Source of the DNA: Penicillus capitatus
Taxonomy: Eukaryota > Plantae > Chlorophyta
Direction of reading: 5' to 3'
DNA length: 64,000 bases
NCBI GenBank assembly: GCA_965649825.1
Contig: OZ287708.1
Coordinates: forward strand, 77,101-141,100
A model generated the notes under the pieces. It was not told where the DNA came from. It saw only the letters and a program-made list of their open reading frames with translations, and ran no database searches. Below, piece by piece: positions 10,038 through 23,108 of the stretch. Each line of letters opens with the position of its first letter. Positions within the stretch are counted from its first letter, which is position 1. A program made the position numbers and the translations under genes.

Positions 10038-12018
10038 TCAAACATGGAAAATGACGCTTGTGATTCTGTTATTCAGTATATCCTTCGGATCGAATCTTCT
10101 GCGCTCGCTGTCTGCCTTCTCAATAGGATACTTGTGACTCAATTGCCCCTTTAAGAACATAGGACTCAGTCGATCGATCTCTAATTTTCCCCAGTGCCAT
10201 GCTCCCTTGTACTTTGGCAACAGAATCGTTTCCACTTTCTGTGCGTATTCTGTAAAACTAGATACACACGTGAGTCATTCATATCGGATCGGCGAAGAGT
10301 CTGTTCTTACCTGGCCGTAATGCTCTGACGAACTCTGGGATCATCAGTCGGGAGATAGAGAATGATGCCGACCCAACAATGGACACTATCATCGACAGTT
10401 GCATTGTAGACAGGACTGAGAAGTGAACGACTGCTTGATGTCCATCGTTGTTCGATTGGCGCATGGGCTGGTATCCTGTGTTGCTTGATTTGATTCATGA
10501 CGTCTTGCATGAAGTCCAAATCGACCAATGATGGTTTAGACAGATTTCCTGCTGGAAACGCAACTTCAAGGACCCACTGTTGACCACCGCAATCAAACCC
10601 CAGAATCTGATCACTCCAACCCACGCGGAATCCGCTGGACTTCTTCCAGTAGTCTTCCTCAGCCTTGTTCACCTTCTTCAACCATTCCAGATCCAATGGG
10701 GCTTCTTTGAGCGCAACATCTCGGAGAGCTGCAAAATTCAGTTCCTCTAGTTGCTCGATTGTGTAATCGCCAACTTTCCCGTCGACGGCCCTCGTCCTGA
10801 TAAGCGAGCGGAAAGCTTGGGTCTGTTGTAAGGGCGTGTTGCTTGGAGCTGTGGACCGCGGGACATTAAAAGCTGTCAAAGGGTTACTCTGCACCACGAC
10901 AATACTGTCTGTGTACGGAATCCACATGTATCGCAGATGGCGATTCTCGGCCAACCACCTTTAACCACCACACCTCAGCACTTGTGTCCAACCGATGTCG
11001 CGATCAGCATACCTTGCATGATTTTTCTTCACTTCTCTAAACGTCGATACAAAAGTGTGTTCGACCAGTTTGTGTTCGGCGACGCACTGAAGTGTGACCT
11101 CGGTCAACACTCCGAAGCACCCGAGGCCGACTCTCGTTAGATAGAAGAGTGTTGGATCGGGGTCATCTTTTGACAGTTCAATGGTCCCCATTCCCGGCGT
11201 GATCATCCTCATACTGATCACCTGTTCATCCACTGGCGGGATCTTTGCACCTGTACCATGAGCACCGATCTGATCCAAACAATCTTCACCACGAACAGGA
11301 TATGTGATCAACAGACCTGAACAAATCCTCCAATCTGTTGTTCTTTGATGGAGGCGTAGTTTTGTAGAGTGAGTCCATATGGCCGAATGGCTTCGACCAC
11401 TGTCTCGACCCGAGCTCCGCACTGAAGCCGAACCTACTCGGTAGTAACCCAATGCCGATTTCTCTCTTTTTATCATCGTATTGGTCAATACCTGTCGCTT
11501 TTCAGAATCTACGTGGAGGATCTTGTCCATGAGCGACATGTTGAGCATCGTCTGGTTAGTGAAGGAAATGCCATTTGGGGATAGACCAGATCCGACGACC
11601 CTCAGTTTCTGGCCTCTTGCGTGACACTCCTTCACAAGCTTCTCGATTTCTTTCTCACTCTCTGGGGTCATACATTTCCTAACAGTATCCAAAATCAGAT
11701 TCTATTGGCGGATGATCGCGTGTTTTACCAGGGTGTAACCTCATGCGTGTGAGACCAGTTGACAAACGTTGTTTGATCTTCGACTTGAGAGAAACGATCT
11801 GTGAGTCCCCAGTACAGAGCTGTGACTCCAAGGCCGCCCAATGTCGCGATCGCAAGGCGTTGTGCTGTCTTGCTACTGACAACGGGACTCACTTCCGCAG
11901 TTGCCTTCGCCTCACGTGCTTCTGCAAAGCCACGTCCTTTGCAGCTTCGGATAGCGAGTGCACATCCGCTTGACAACACGTTCCGACGTGTGCCACGTGC
12001 CGCACGTACAAACATCAT
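10038..12018 (-). CDS. GLDH: L-galactono-1,4-lactone dehydrogenase, mitochondrial (multi-exon)
   Basis: Arg-rich presequence plus anchor helix; NWSHTHEV, LRVVGSGLSPNG, QIGAHGTGAKIPPVDEQV, ILGFDCGGQQWV, IPAHAPIEQRWTSSSRSLLSP, HWGKLE, DPKDILNN are all typical plant GLDH motifs. Confidence 0.95.
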
Positions 12019-12065
12019 GTTGCTACATCAAACACAACGATCCCACCGTTCTCCAAGGCAACTTT

Positions 12066-14054
12066 ATGCAGCGCGTATCGGAAGAGATTGAATTCGACTC
12101 TGTTTCGGACGTCTACTATGTCCAACGGCAAAGCTGGGCAGTATGTCACGTTCTTTTCCGTTGCTCACTCTCATATCTCCTCAACAGGTTGCCCAGCACT
12201 ACACTCTTCACAGAGTCATCGGCAGCGGCAGTTTTTCCTGTGTCTGTCTTGCGACCTCCAAGATTACGAATGAGAAGGTTTGGCTGCAGAGTAATGTCAG
12301 GAAGGTGGCTGTCTTGAGAGAGCGTGCATGCAGGTCGCGTTAAAACGCATTCCAGATGTGCTTCAGAGTACCGAGAATGCCAAAAAGGTTCTCAGAGAGC
12401 TGTGCATTCTTCGTCGACTCTCGCATCCCTACTGCATTTCTGTCAAGCATGCCTTTGTCATGCCTTCTGACACAGGTCACTGCATTGCCTTGTTTAACGA
12501 GGGTGTGTGCTGGATGCGTGGGGTGCAGGAGCTTGGAAATTGCGAGGGGGTGAGCTGGTTCCTTGCTCGATCGATTTGTACTTAGCTATGGAATACGCTG
12601 GAGGAGGTGATTTACATAAACTGAGAGGCCAGCTCTCGGAGCACGATGTCCGACGCTTGATGTGGCAGATTTTGACAGCCGTGGAGTATCTGCATTCCCA
12701 GAATGTCTGGCATCGAGATCTGAAGTCTGCTAACGTGTTGCTGACAGTGGAGAATGGACAGCGAGTCTGTAAGATCGCAGATTTTGGATCAGCACGATCT
12801 GCTGTTTCGCATCCTTTGTTGAGAGAGTCTGGTCTGTCAAAAAGACAGAGCTCATGCAGTATTACCAATATGGATGAGGCCATTGCACGTTCATTGAAGA
12901 CAGTGGACCAGTCCTTGACACGTGCTGTGTGCACCCCCTGTTATCGTGCTCCTGAAGTGGTCATGTCTCGTGGGGGATACACCAGTGCTTTGGACATGTG
13001 GTCTGTTGGCTGTATCTTCGCCGAGCTTCTTCAGCGGATCTCTTACGTGGGATCTGCTTCCACTCCGCAACTGAAGGTGTCTCCTGTCTTTTGCGTGACA
13101 GGATTTCCAAAGACACCGTTGAGTGGAGAACACTACGAAGCTGGACCTGGAAACCCTACCACACGTTCTGAACTCGAGGCGCTGTTTCAAGTCATCGGCA
13201 CGCCTGCCTGGGCCTGCATTGAGGCAGTGGATTCGACGGCATGGAAGAGATACCTGCGAAATCTGCCTCTGAAAGCGGGCACACTCCATCGACGGTTTGG
13301 CTACGCCGGTGAAGTGGCAGTGGACCTCTTGACTCGATTGCTGACCTTTGATCCAAGTCGAAGGTGTTCGGCACGAGAAGCCATGCTGCATGAATACTTA
13401 AAAGAATTTTGGTGCCCCTCGAAGGATGCAGTGTCTCTGTCAGAGGATGGAGAATTCACATCGACCTCTTCCCTTTTTGAGCCAGTGGATGATATGGAAG
13501 ACGATCTGCCAGCAAACAACATCATTACCTCGCATTACCACGAACTCGAGAACCCTTCAAAGGCATTGAAGGCGTTGGAAGAAGAGATGGTACAGATCTG
13601 CAGTGATAAGAAAGGATGCGATCAGCTTCAGTCTCTTCTCGAGAAGGAATGCGAACTCTTGGCAGAATCTCAATCCCGAAAACTGGGAGCCGCGATATCT
13701 GGAAAGTACGGCGATGTCACAGAAGCTCTTGCCAGAAAATGTATGAGAGAAGGACCGTCTGAATTTGCAAAGCTCTTGGAGGAAGGCCTGGTCGCGGATC
13801 CAAACTGTGACAAATCCATGACGCCAGAGAGTTTTGGCCCGGGTCGTTTGCCTCACGTGGCAGATTTTTCAAAGGCGCATCTCGACGTGGAAAAACATTT
13901 AGCAGTAGGACGGCAGCAGGAATGGACAGTGACATCTGGATGTGGACCGATTACCGTGAACTATTGGGGAGTGAGTCTCGTTCCGCCTGGATCCGATGAA
14001 GCAACGATGGATCCAGAGATGAAGAAGATCATCCGCAGCCAGCAGTTGAGATAG
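12066..14054 (+). CDS. MAPK-like (CMGC) Ser/Thr kinase lacking a TxY motif (multi-exon)
   Basis: Spliced MQRVSEEIEF..YTLHRVIGSGSFSCV, VALKRIPDV, KKVLRELCILRRLSHP, WHRDLKSANVLL, DFG, LTRAVCTPCYRAPE, DMWSVGCIFAELL, AVDLLTRLLTFDPSRR. Confidence 0.88.
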
Positions 14055-14526
14055 AGCCACGCTTTTGAACACACCGTCCACAGATCCGTGGGACACTGGA
14101 GGAAAAGACCACACGATTCTTTCAACGGCAATTTTACATGTCTATACACAAGCACAAGCTTTAGCAGGGGGATGATGACCTGCTACGAACCCTACTGCAA
14201 AGGCGACGAACAGCGTCGTTGTACAACTATCTTGTATGGTGAAACTAGAGTGACTTCGTGCCCTGTTTGTTAATCTGGATGCTGTTTTGGATTTCTTTGA
14301 CCCTACCGAATTCTGTGGTCTGACCGGACATTGTACTTCATTGCGTCTATGTCGCGGAGTTTCCTAGTCTGTACAACAAACAACATAGCTGTTGATAATA
14401 CATCTCAAGACTCAGTCTGTAAGAGTTTAGTGAAAGAGCGAGCATGAATCTCAACTTCTCAGACATGCATAGATTTTGAAAAACTGTTCGAAAAGAGATG
14501 ATGATTTCAGTGGGTGAAAGGTCCAG

Positions 14527-17500
14527 TTATTGACAGCTGCTCATTTGGTGTTTTAGTGCATAGCCCCATGCGGGATAGGCAGGAATACTGTCTTCAGATT
14601 TTGAATCCGATCTCGTGGTCTCTAACTCTTTCTTGACAGAGAACGGCAATGCTGAAGTTTGTGGCCGAAAAGTGCACTGCATTAATTCGGACGCCTGTAT
14701 ACAACACTTAAACGAAAATCGCGTGCGTCACGCACTTACCTCTCGCTCTTCCATTGCCTTGCGTTCCTTTCGTCGTTTTTCTTCCTGTTTGACGCGAATC
14801 GATTCCATATACGCTTTTGGATCTCGCAGATTGAGCCTCGATCGAACCTGAGTCGACAACCTGAGCAGTTGTTGTTAAGGTATGCCTTCAACCTGATCGT
14901 TCTTGTTCAGTTTGGGCTTGAAGGTGAGATGCATTTGGAGCTTCATTTCGTTCTCTAGCCTCTGACTTTCCTAAGGCGGAAGAATCTGCAGCGCGATGTG
15001 ACCCTTCACACTCGAAACGGACTTTCAGCATCTCCGTCTTTTCGGATCTCTTGACTAGATCCTCCAACGTCCGTCGCCGCATTCGTTGTGCTCGACGGGT
15101 GATGCGCGGACGGAAACTGTCGCCTTTATCGCTATTCTGACTGGACACACTCTGCAACCTGTCACATCATTGATTCGTTGAACGGTGGCACAAGGACCAT
15201 ACCTGTGATATTTAAAGGAAGAGGAGCGCTTCTCCGCCGACGCTGGGCAATCCGACGAGGCAGAACAGAAAGAAAACAGCGATCCAGTATCGCACTTGGC
15301 AGCCCTGAACTGATCCTTCTTGTCCTTAAGGATCTTCTTCGTTCCCGGAGAAAGCTAAGAGACAATTCTCAGTCGCTGTCCAATTCATGGTCGACGGTTA
15401 AGTTTTCTCTACCCGAAAGGGCTGTCCTTTCTTCTCTCTGAGCGCATTAATTTTCTGTTCTTTTACGCGGATATGGTCCTCCTGTCTAGAAGCCAGAATC
15501 CGATGGATTGCTGGGCTAGGGTCGGCGATCGAAAGGTGTTTACCTCTTTAGGAATTCCGAGAAGTTGACGGTGCTCATTAAACGAACGGAACCTGCGTAC
15601 TGTGTCAGCTGATAGTGCTCTGTATCTGTCGTTGTGCGTTTTCTCCCCGTCTCTGCGCCGTTCTCTGAATCGCTGGCAACATCGCCGCGGGCTTTGTCGA
15701 ATCGGCGTTCCTCTAACGGGGACGGACCGCCGCCTTCCTGCAGCGATAGTCGTTGGAAGAGAGTGCTGAACAATTCTTCGTTCGTCGTCTGAGCGCGATT
15801 ATGATCCAATTCCCCATTCTCCCCATTCCCCACAATCTCTCCACTCTCAGCAACTACAAAGACAGCAAACACGTTAGCGCTTCCGACGGTGTCATAAGCA
15901 AAAAGAAGAAGAATGAACAACGCACCAGTCTTTGCTGCGACACTGCTGTCGGTAGGATCGTGCACGTCCATCTCTTTCGACATCTCCGCTTTCTTTGCAG
16001 TCGCATCGTCTGTCTCATGCACGTCTTCTTCGGCGAATCTCAATACGCTGAATGGGCAGTCTCTGGAATGGCACGACTGAGATTCTATGCTCGACGCACC
16101 TGCTGTCAGTCAGATTCCAGAAAGAACCGTGTCGCGTTCTGCTTGGCGCAGTCCAGGTGCGACGGACATTCGTCTTTGGATGAAATGTACACTCCTCGAC
16201 GCCTGAATGCCGCAACGGCAACGATGCCTGAAAAGCACCTGACGCGAATTTACCGGTTGGCAGCGGCCGCATCTTTGAGGAGGCGTTCCGACGATGGGCA
16301 TTCGTCGCCTGAAGAGTATTACCGTAGACCTTGGCCGGCAGAGGTCGTGGTCGCGGCGATGACTCGCGCATCGCCCGTTGTTCTTCAGAAATGCACTGCT
16401 CAGCTCTTTGATGCTTCTTTGTGTGAATCTCCTGCGCTTTTTTGTATAACCGTAGACAAGCCTTGTCGACTGTAGACAGCGGAACGCATTCATCTCCATC
16501 CACCTCGTCTTCTTCGCTCCTCTCCTGCAAAGATAGGTCACCACTGCCGAGGAACGCAGTATCAAGCTTTGTTTACTTTCGTTTTCGACAGCGACATGTC
16601 TGGCCGAAAACTGCATTCCTTCAGATGGTCCATGTCTCTCGTTTTCTGGGCCTCTTCGATTTTGAAATCACTTTCTCTGCGCCAGGCGCAGTTCCGATCG
16701 TAGACGGCCGTCAAATCCGCCGGATTGAGATGCCGAATCGCTGCGAACCGTCGCGAAACCCTGGCCTGGAGTTTTGTCAAATCTGGATTCTCCTGCACTT
16801 CGAAAGCCGAACATCGACTCGGTGCCTGCGTAGGATGAAGAGATGTCCAATACATCGACTCTAGGGCGTTGTCATCTCCTGCAAGCCGTGCGAGGCATCG
16901 ATGCGGCGTCGACCCAATGCAAAAAACCTGATACGGCTGTGCCGCTGAGATCAAAATGATCATCCGTCGGAAGAAACGGACACTGAAAGGTATCCCGATT
17001 CGACGAGACATTCGCGGCGTCGCTGCTCGCAATAGTCTCCGCCGCAGTGATCGCTTTTGCTCGCTTGTACAGTCTCTCGTCGACGTCCTTCGGAATCTTC
17101 TCCCCGAGTTCTTTGTCCAATCCGAGCAGCTCCTCTTCCAGTGCCTGTCCTTTTAGCCTCGCAACAAGAGCGCAAAGGGCATTATGCCTCTTGCCTTTTC
17201 TGTCTGCATAATGTTCCGCAGATCTTGCTCGCTCATCACCGGCGGCGGCGAGGCGTAGCGATCGAAGGCTCTTTCAGCACGAGCGACGACGAAATCATCA
17301 GCCATGTCTGAATCGGACAGCATGTCGATAAGCTCTTGCGATGCTTGTTTCGCCGAAGAACAACTGTCCGCAGTGTCCGCATACGGAAGAGCGCTTTCCG
17401 CTGTTATTTCTTCAAAGGTCTCCTTCGCAGAGGTCATCCTCGAACGTGCGAAATCTGGATCCTCCTTCTGCAACAGACACGAGACAGCAATCGCCAACGC

Positions 17501-18111
17501 CACAAGTGCGAGACACGAGGTGCTAAAGGTGAGCGGGCGGGTGTACTCACAGAGAAGCTCTGCGTGCTCAACGATTTCACGAGTTGTTGGACTTGATCTG
17601 GTGGAAGCTCCTCGGTCGTGTCCCTCGGAAAAGACACAGATCCACTTGTCATGTTCACCGACTGCTTTCTTGGCGTCATCTCAGACAGCGTCGACGCAAG
17701 GTGCTCTTCCTTCGTTGCGCTTTCGTCTGCCGCCTCCTCGCTTTCGCTAACAACGACGGTTGTCGATATCTCTCCCGTCGGCGTCCGATCCGCAATTCTC
17801 TCCGGCGAATCCAACGTCTCTCGCAGTTCGTATTTTGGCGAAGAATCGCTCAGAAAAGGGACGAATTCCAGGAAATTCTCGTCGGACTGCAGCAACGCAT
17901 CTGTGACGCGCCGATTCGTCGATGGTGACAAGTTGACCTCGTTGTCGTCCGCGTTGCAAAGAGTGGTGGTCTCCTCCTGCTTCGACATCGGCTCTGTTCC
18001 TGCGCAGCTCGGCGTCTGGTGTATTTCACGTTCGAATTCCGAATCGCATCGCGCCGAAATGGCTGCGGCAACTTTGCGTTCGTCATCGTCGTGTTGAGGA
18101 TGACTTGACAT
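14527..18111 (-). CDS. Large disordered/coiled-coil hypothetical protein with repeated C-[TS]-F-x-P and xRLY motifs (multi-exon; start approximate)
   Basis: Chained minus-strand exons with ECTFHPKTN, ECSFRPDMS, CPFLP, SFRPRIT, CTFRPQT and ERLYKRA / LRLYKKA; acidic Ser-rich N-terminus. Confidence 0.65.
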
Positions 18112-18591
18112 TTCTGGCTTTGACTGCGTTTCGGTGGATTCAGTAATCTTCTGCCGCTTGCCAAATCTCCTAAAGGAATGCTGCAGACCAGCGAATGTTC
18201 CTCGGCGGCGCGTCACTTTTTCTCCACAACCATCTATCTCACAAGCACATAACAGTCGCCACAAAACAATCATTAGCAGAAAAGCAAGAAACAGCAAAGA
18301 ACAATAAAAACAGGCACGGCGCGATAGGAGCCGGGTCAAGCACAGTGTCTGTGCGTTCGTTGCACTGGCTCACCGATCGAGGTCGACAGAAAGAGATCGC
18401 TTTACTTACCCTGTCGCAGGCACCTCATAGACAGCAAGCGGCACGGTACGCCGTTCCGAGGGCGACCCTTCTGCCTTTATTGGAAAAAACGAACGACGTG
18501 GCCGACTCTACAATCGAGGCGAACGACAACGACGACATCTTCGTTACACAGATGGGCAAACGATGCGACACGTCTGTCATATCGACCGATC

Positions 18592-19501
18592 TCAGATAAT
18601 GCCAATCTTGTTCGCAACATCCAAGGCATCGGCTTCGCTCGATAACCTGCAGTCCATGGTGGGTGGGTCTTCCACCAGAGAGAGGAGGCAAGGAGTGCGT
18701 GATAGATACCTGACATATGCTTTCTTCTTTCCGTCTGGTCGAATGAGCGTGTTCACTTTCTGCACCTTGATGTCATACATCTTGTCCACGGCGCGCTTGA
18801 TTTGGGGTTTCTTCGCTCGGACATCGACAATAAACGCCTAACAGCAGGAGGAATATGATTCGATCAAGTATGGCCATCGGGATGCTGGATGCGGTCAGCG
18901 AACAGAACATCATCACAGAATTCAGATTCTGCCTTATCAACGAATGAACATAGATCATCTTTCCGCAGCTGTCCGTTGCAGCACTGTGGCACTCAGAATC
19001 GTGTAGGCATCATCGGTTATCAGATTTGCTCGATTGGCCATCAGTGTGCTACTCGTGAAGAGGACAGACGGCGAATCGCGGATACTCTGTCAGCAGGGGG
19101 CGCATACCAGTGTATTGTGATCTTCAATCTTCTTCATGGCAGATTCGGTGGTGAGTGGATACTTCAGAATGGCAAAGTGATCCAAAGCCGTCGATCGGCC
19201 AAAACTGAACCGGGCAACTGGTGTTTCGTTTGTAGGATGCAGTCATCAGGAGCACCTCTTCTTGGCGTATTTTGGATTTTTCTTCATTTGAAGTGGCTTT
19301 TTGCGTGTGAATCGAAGAGAGAAGTATTTCTTTTTCTTCTTAACGTGCGTTCCGTGCTTCGCTGCATCTGCCGCCACGCGTGCCTTTTCCCTCTGACCCG
19401 ATTTCTTCACTCCTGGTCGCACCGTAACAGATCTCGATGCCGACACGACCGAATAACAGGCAGAAAGTGTGACCAAATGTGTTACCTTTTTTAGGAGCCA
19501 T
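18592..19501 (-). CDS. RPL23A: 60S ribosomal protein L23a (uL23), multi-exon
   Basis: MAPKK.., spliced [74 protein letters not shown]. Confidence 0.97.
18890..18967 (-). ncRNA. Intronic box C/D snoRNA in the long RPL23A intron
   Basis: On the minus strand: terminal stem UGCGG/CCGCA, box C AAGAUGA (one mismatch), D' CUGA, C' GUGAUGA, D CUGA. The D' guide GUUGAUAAGGCAGAA is antisense, with one mismatch, to the conserved 18S segment UUCUGCCCUAUCAAC (recalled from memory). The host intron is ~270 nt versus ~50 nt typical. Confidence 0.8.
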
Positions 19502-19986
19502 TGTGATCCGCGACTCTCTCGATGGATCGAACAAACGACTCGATTTTCGCCGCCAAACGAACTGGTAATAATGTTCTCATTAGAAGTCCATTTCATCTGT
19601 CCCATCGGCATCTCGATTGCCTGCATCAGCAATGCTGTTGCTACCGTGCCTCCTCTTTCTAAGATGGGGATCTAAAGTGGCATGATCATATTTTGTGAAA
19701 TCGATTGCTTTGCAAGATGCGATGACAAAACCGTGAGCTGCTTGAAGCACGTCTCAGCGCAATGACGCTCGATGATGTGTTGGCATGTGCCTCCTGCAAG
19801 AATGCTGCTGTCTCTAGAGTCAAGATGCATTCCGGTCTATTCTACAGGGTGTCTTGAGCATATGATCCATCCGTGCAGGACTCTACATTCGACAAGACAA
19901 CAGTACAAACGTCACATCATCATTTACCGCAAAGCCATTTGACGTGTCATTGGTTGCCGTTTACACCCAGCGAACTCCGTGCAAAC

Positions 19987-21082
19987 ATGTTTGGCTTCGA
20001 CCGATTCAGAGGAAGCAACTTTGAAGCGCGTTACCGAGCTTTTCCCGTTGCCTTTTTGGACAAAACCTCGGCAGAGGAAGGCGACAAAGTCATCCTGCCA
20101 CCCTCAGCGCTGGACCGACTCATCTCGTTACACATCGACTATCCTATGCTTTTCAAAGTGGAAAATCAAGCGAGTGAACGCACGACGCATTGTGGCGTCT
20201 TGGAGTTCACTGCCGACGAGGGACGCGTCTATTTGCCCTTCTGGATGATGGAAAACCTCCTTCTGAGGGAGGGAGACATTGTCGAGTTCAAGAATGCCTC
20301 ACTGCCAAAGGGCACCTATGTGAAACTTCAACCTGTCACATCCGACTTCTTGAATATTACGAACCCGAAAGCCGTTCTGGAGAAAACGCTCAGAAGCTAC
20401 TCCTGTCTGACAACGGGTGCGATGATGACAGTTATTTGATGGACTGAGATTTGTGAATGCATGTATAGGCGATGTTATTGTACTGAACTACAACAATCGT
20501 CGGTATGAGATCGAGATACGGGAGACGAAGCCGGGTGATGCCATCTCCGTGATCGAGACCGACTGCAATGTGGATTTTGAGGCGCCCAAAGACTATGTGC
20601 CACCTGTTCCTCAGGCTGCGCCGTCTCTTCCTAAACGGGAGGAGAAGACGGAAGAGGAGGCAACTGAGCCAGAAGCCGACCCCGATTCATTCCTGGCGTT
20701 TTCAGGAGCTGCTCAGAGACTGGACGGAAAATCAGTGTCCGCCGGCGGAGATCCTGTAAGAGTGCCACTCTACACTGGATTGACAAGATATCCGCCGCCG
20801 GATGAAAAGAAACCTGTTAAGAAGGAGAGCAACGGTAAGAATGGCAAGAATGGGAAATTCGTTTTGGGAAGCGGCAATCGACTGTTGGACAAACTGCAGA
20901 AGGATGGGAAGTTGCCAGGATCGCAGCCAGACACAAATCCATCCGCCTCTGCATCGTCGTCCGCAACATCATCTGCCAAACCGGATACCGATCCGTCAAA
21001 GAAGGAGGGCGATGACGAAGATTCCAAGAAAGATCAATCTGCATTCAAGGCATTCAGTGGAAAAGGTTTCTCGTTGAAATGA
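19987..21082 (+). CDS. UFD1: Ubiquitin fusion degradation protein 1 (CDC48/p97 adaptor), one intron
   Basis: GDKVILPPSAL, YPMLFKV, THCGVLEFTADEG, LPKGTYVKLQP, ITNPKAVLEKTLRSYSCLT, ISVIETDCNVDFEAP; SHP boxes FSGAAQRLDG and FSGKGFSL. Confidence 0.97.
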
Positions 21083-21289
21083 CCCACGAATCTCGTTGGT
21101 CTGTATTTGTGAGTGGCGGTTGTGGCGGTTGTGCTTTGAACGGCATATGACGACGACCCTCTGTGAAAATTCTTAGTAGATTTTTAGCACATAAAACGGA
21201 ATCTCACAAATCGCGGCAGCAAAGAATCGAATGGTTAAAATACGCAGACGGACTCGCATTGTCTGGTGATGATTCAGCAAATGGTGCAT

Positions 21290-22257
21290 CTAGGATGTCA
21301 GACGTGGTGTGGTTAGACTGGCCGCCATTGCCCATTCCTGTTGACCATTTTCCACAGCTTCTTCCGTGACTGTCTGATTCTCCAGCCACTGCTGTCTGCG
21401 CTTCTCGGCCTTAGCTCCGATCGCTTGTCCTCCAATGGCAGCAGCAATGGTGAAGGCAATGGCGTAAGGTGGCATGACAATTGCCTTGCGAAGCATCGCG
21501 ATGAATGGAATGGTGGCATGGACGACCAGAAACCACTGAGGTGAAAACTTTCGGGTGTGTTCACGCAACATGCCAAAAGGAATATTTAAGAGCGTCGATG
21601 CCATAGCCACAGCCATGAGCTTGATTTCGATCGATTCGGGACGTAGGGCACGGACCATAGAATTCTTAGCCAGAGCGGCCCGTATCATGACGATCGGTTT
21701 TGGGCAGTGATAGCGTTGACTCATGACAGCTGTTGCCAATGGACCTAGAATGCGTCGCATGGGACACTGTCCACTTGTGCTCCCACCAACGGTCGATCCA
21801 TGGCTCTGTGCATGAGAGAGATCTTTGCGAGATGATGGTTTCTGCGGCTTCTTCTTTTCGCCTCCGAATCTGAAAGGGTTAAAATCGCTCTACAGCACAG
21901 CCACGTCTATATATGGGTTTAAAGGGTAGACGGTACCCAGAAAGCAGAAAGACTGATGCTTGCGACAGGTAGAGTTTTGGCAACATGGATGCGCGGCGCG
22001 GCTTTGCATGTAGAGACCTGACGCGGTACGCGATTCTTTAGAGGCAGAATCCCGTCCTCTCCGTGGAACAGCGAGAAATTGGTGGCGACGTTTTGGAGTT
22101 TTTGGAGCGGCATCGAGTCGCCGGTCGCGGTATTCTCTGTCTTGGAGAAGTTTTCGGCGACGTTACGAGCGAAGCTCTCGCCTTCGGTCATAGCCAAGGC
22201 TTGCAGAAAAGGACATTTCTTGATACTGTCGCCCACGGGATCGAACATGGGAAACAT
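21290..22257 (-). CDS. Conserved plant/algal membrane protein of unknown function, one intron
   Basis: CPFL at the N-terminus; LLNIPFGMLREHTRKFSPQWFLVVHATIPFIAMLRK matches a conserved green-lineage hypothetical family (REHTxKFSPxWFxxVHA). Confidence 0.8.
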
Positions 22258-23108
22258 GACGAAGTGTTAAGGACAAAAAGCGGATCGCGTGTTGAATAAG
22301 AACTCAGAATGGATTCGCAGTAGGAATCGCGTCATGCAACTTCTTGTCATTGTTGACGATGCCATCACATGCTAAGAATGACGCGGATGGGACACCTGCT
22401 CCAGAATAACGCGTTTGGACAAGACAGCTTCTGCCACGAACGAACTAAGACGAAAACGTCGTTCTTGAGAATGTGTCGCTGGGGGTGTATCTGCAAAGCG
22501 CCTTTCCTTTGAGCTTTTGCTTTTCATCATCTTGTTACTAAATCTAGGTATGTAGTGGGATAAGAGGAAGGGTCCATCTGTGACAATGATGTCACAGCCT
22601 TGCTATTCTTGGGAGTGAAGAGGGAGGGAATGTGATTGGTGGCAGCAGTCGCCGTCCACTCATCTGTTCGCTTTCTTGATACGACGTCGACGTCTATGAC
22701 AAGATGGATGGTGTTGCCAGCTGTGTCCCCACAACTCGCTTTTACATCTTTAAGAAAATTTCGACCCGCGTAATCACTTTACACACTAAAGGGAGCCTCT
22801 CTCCATCGTCGTCTTCTCCGTCAGCGGGCGGTATGTCGATGGCAGGCTTTTCAGAACAGTTTCGAGAAGGGTTGGCAGCAATGGACTAGAAAACAGAAGT
22901 TCGTTTCGATGTTCTATTTACTCATCAAGTTTCGTTAGTCGGGTCAACGAGGCTATCTTGACATTCTTTTCTCTGCTATCGCTCTTTTGAAACGTCGCCT
23001 TTTGAAACCAAACCAATACAATGGCAAAAGTGCTCTGTCACTCCAGTAGTCTATGCGTTCTGATGATCCTTGTTCAACTTGAAGGTTCGTCAGCGCGAGA
23101 CGCGCAAA

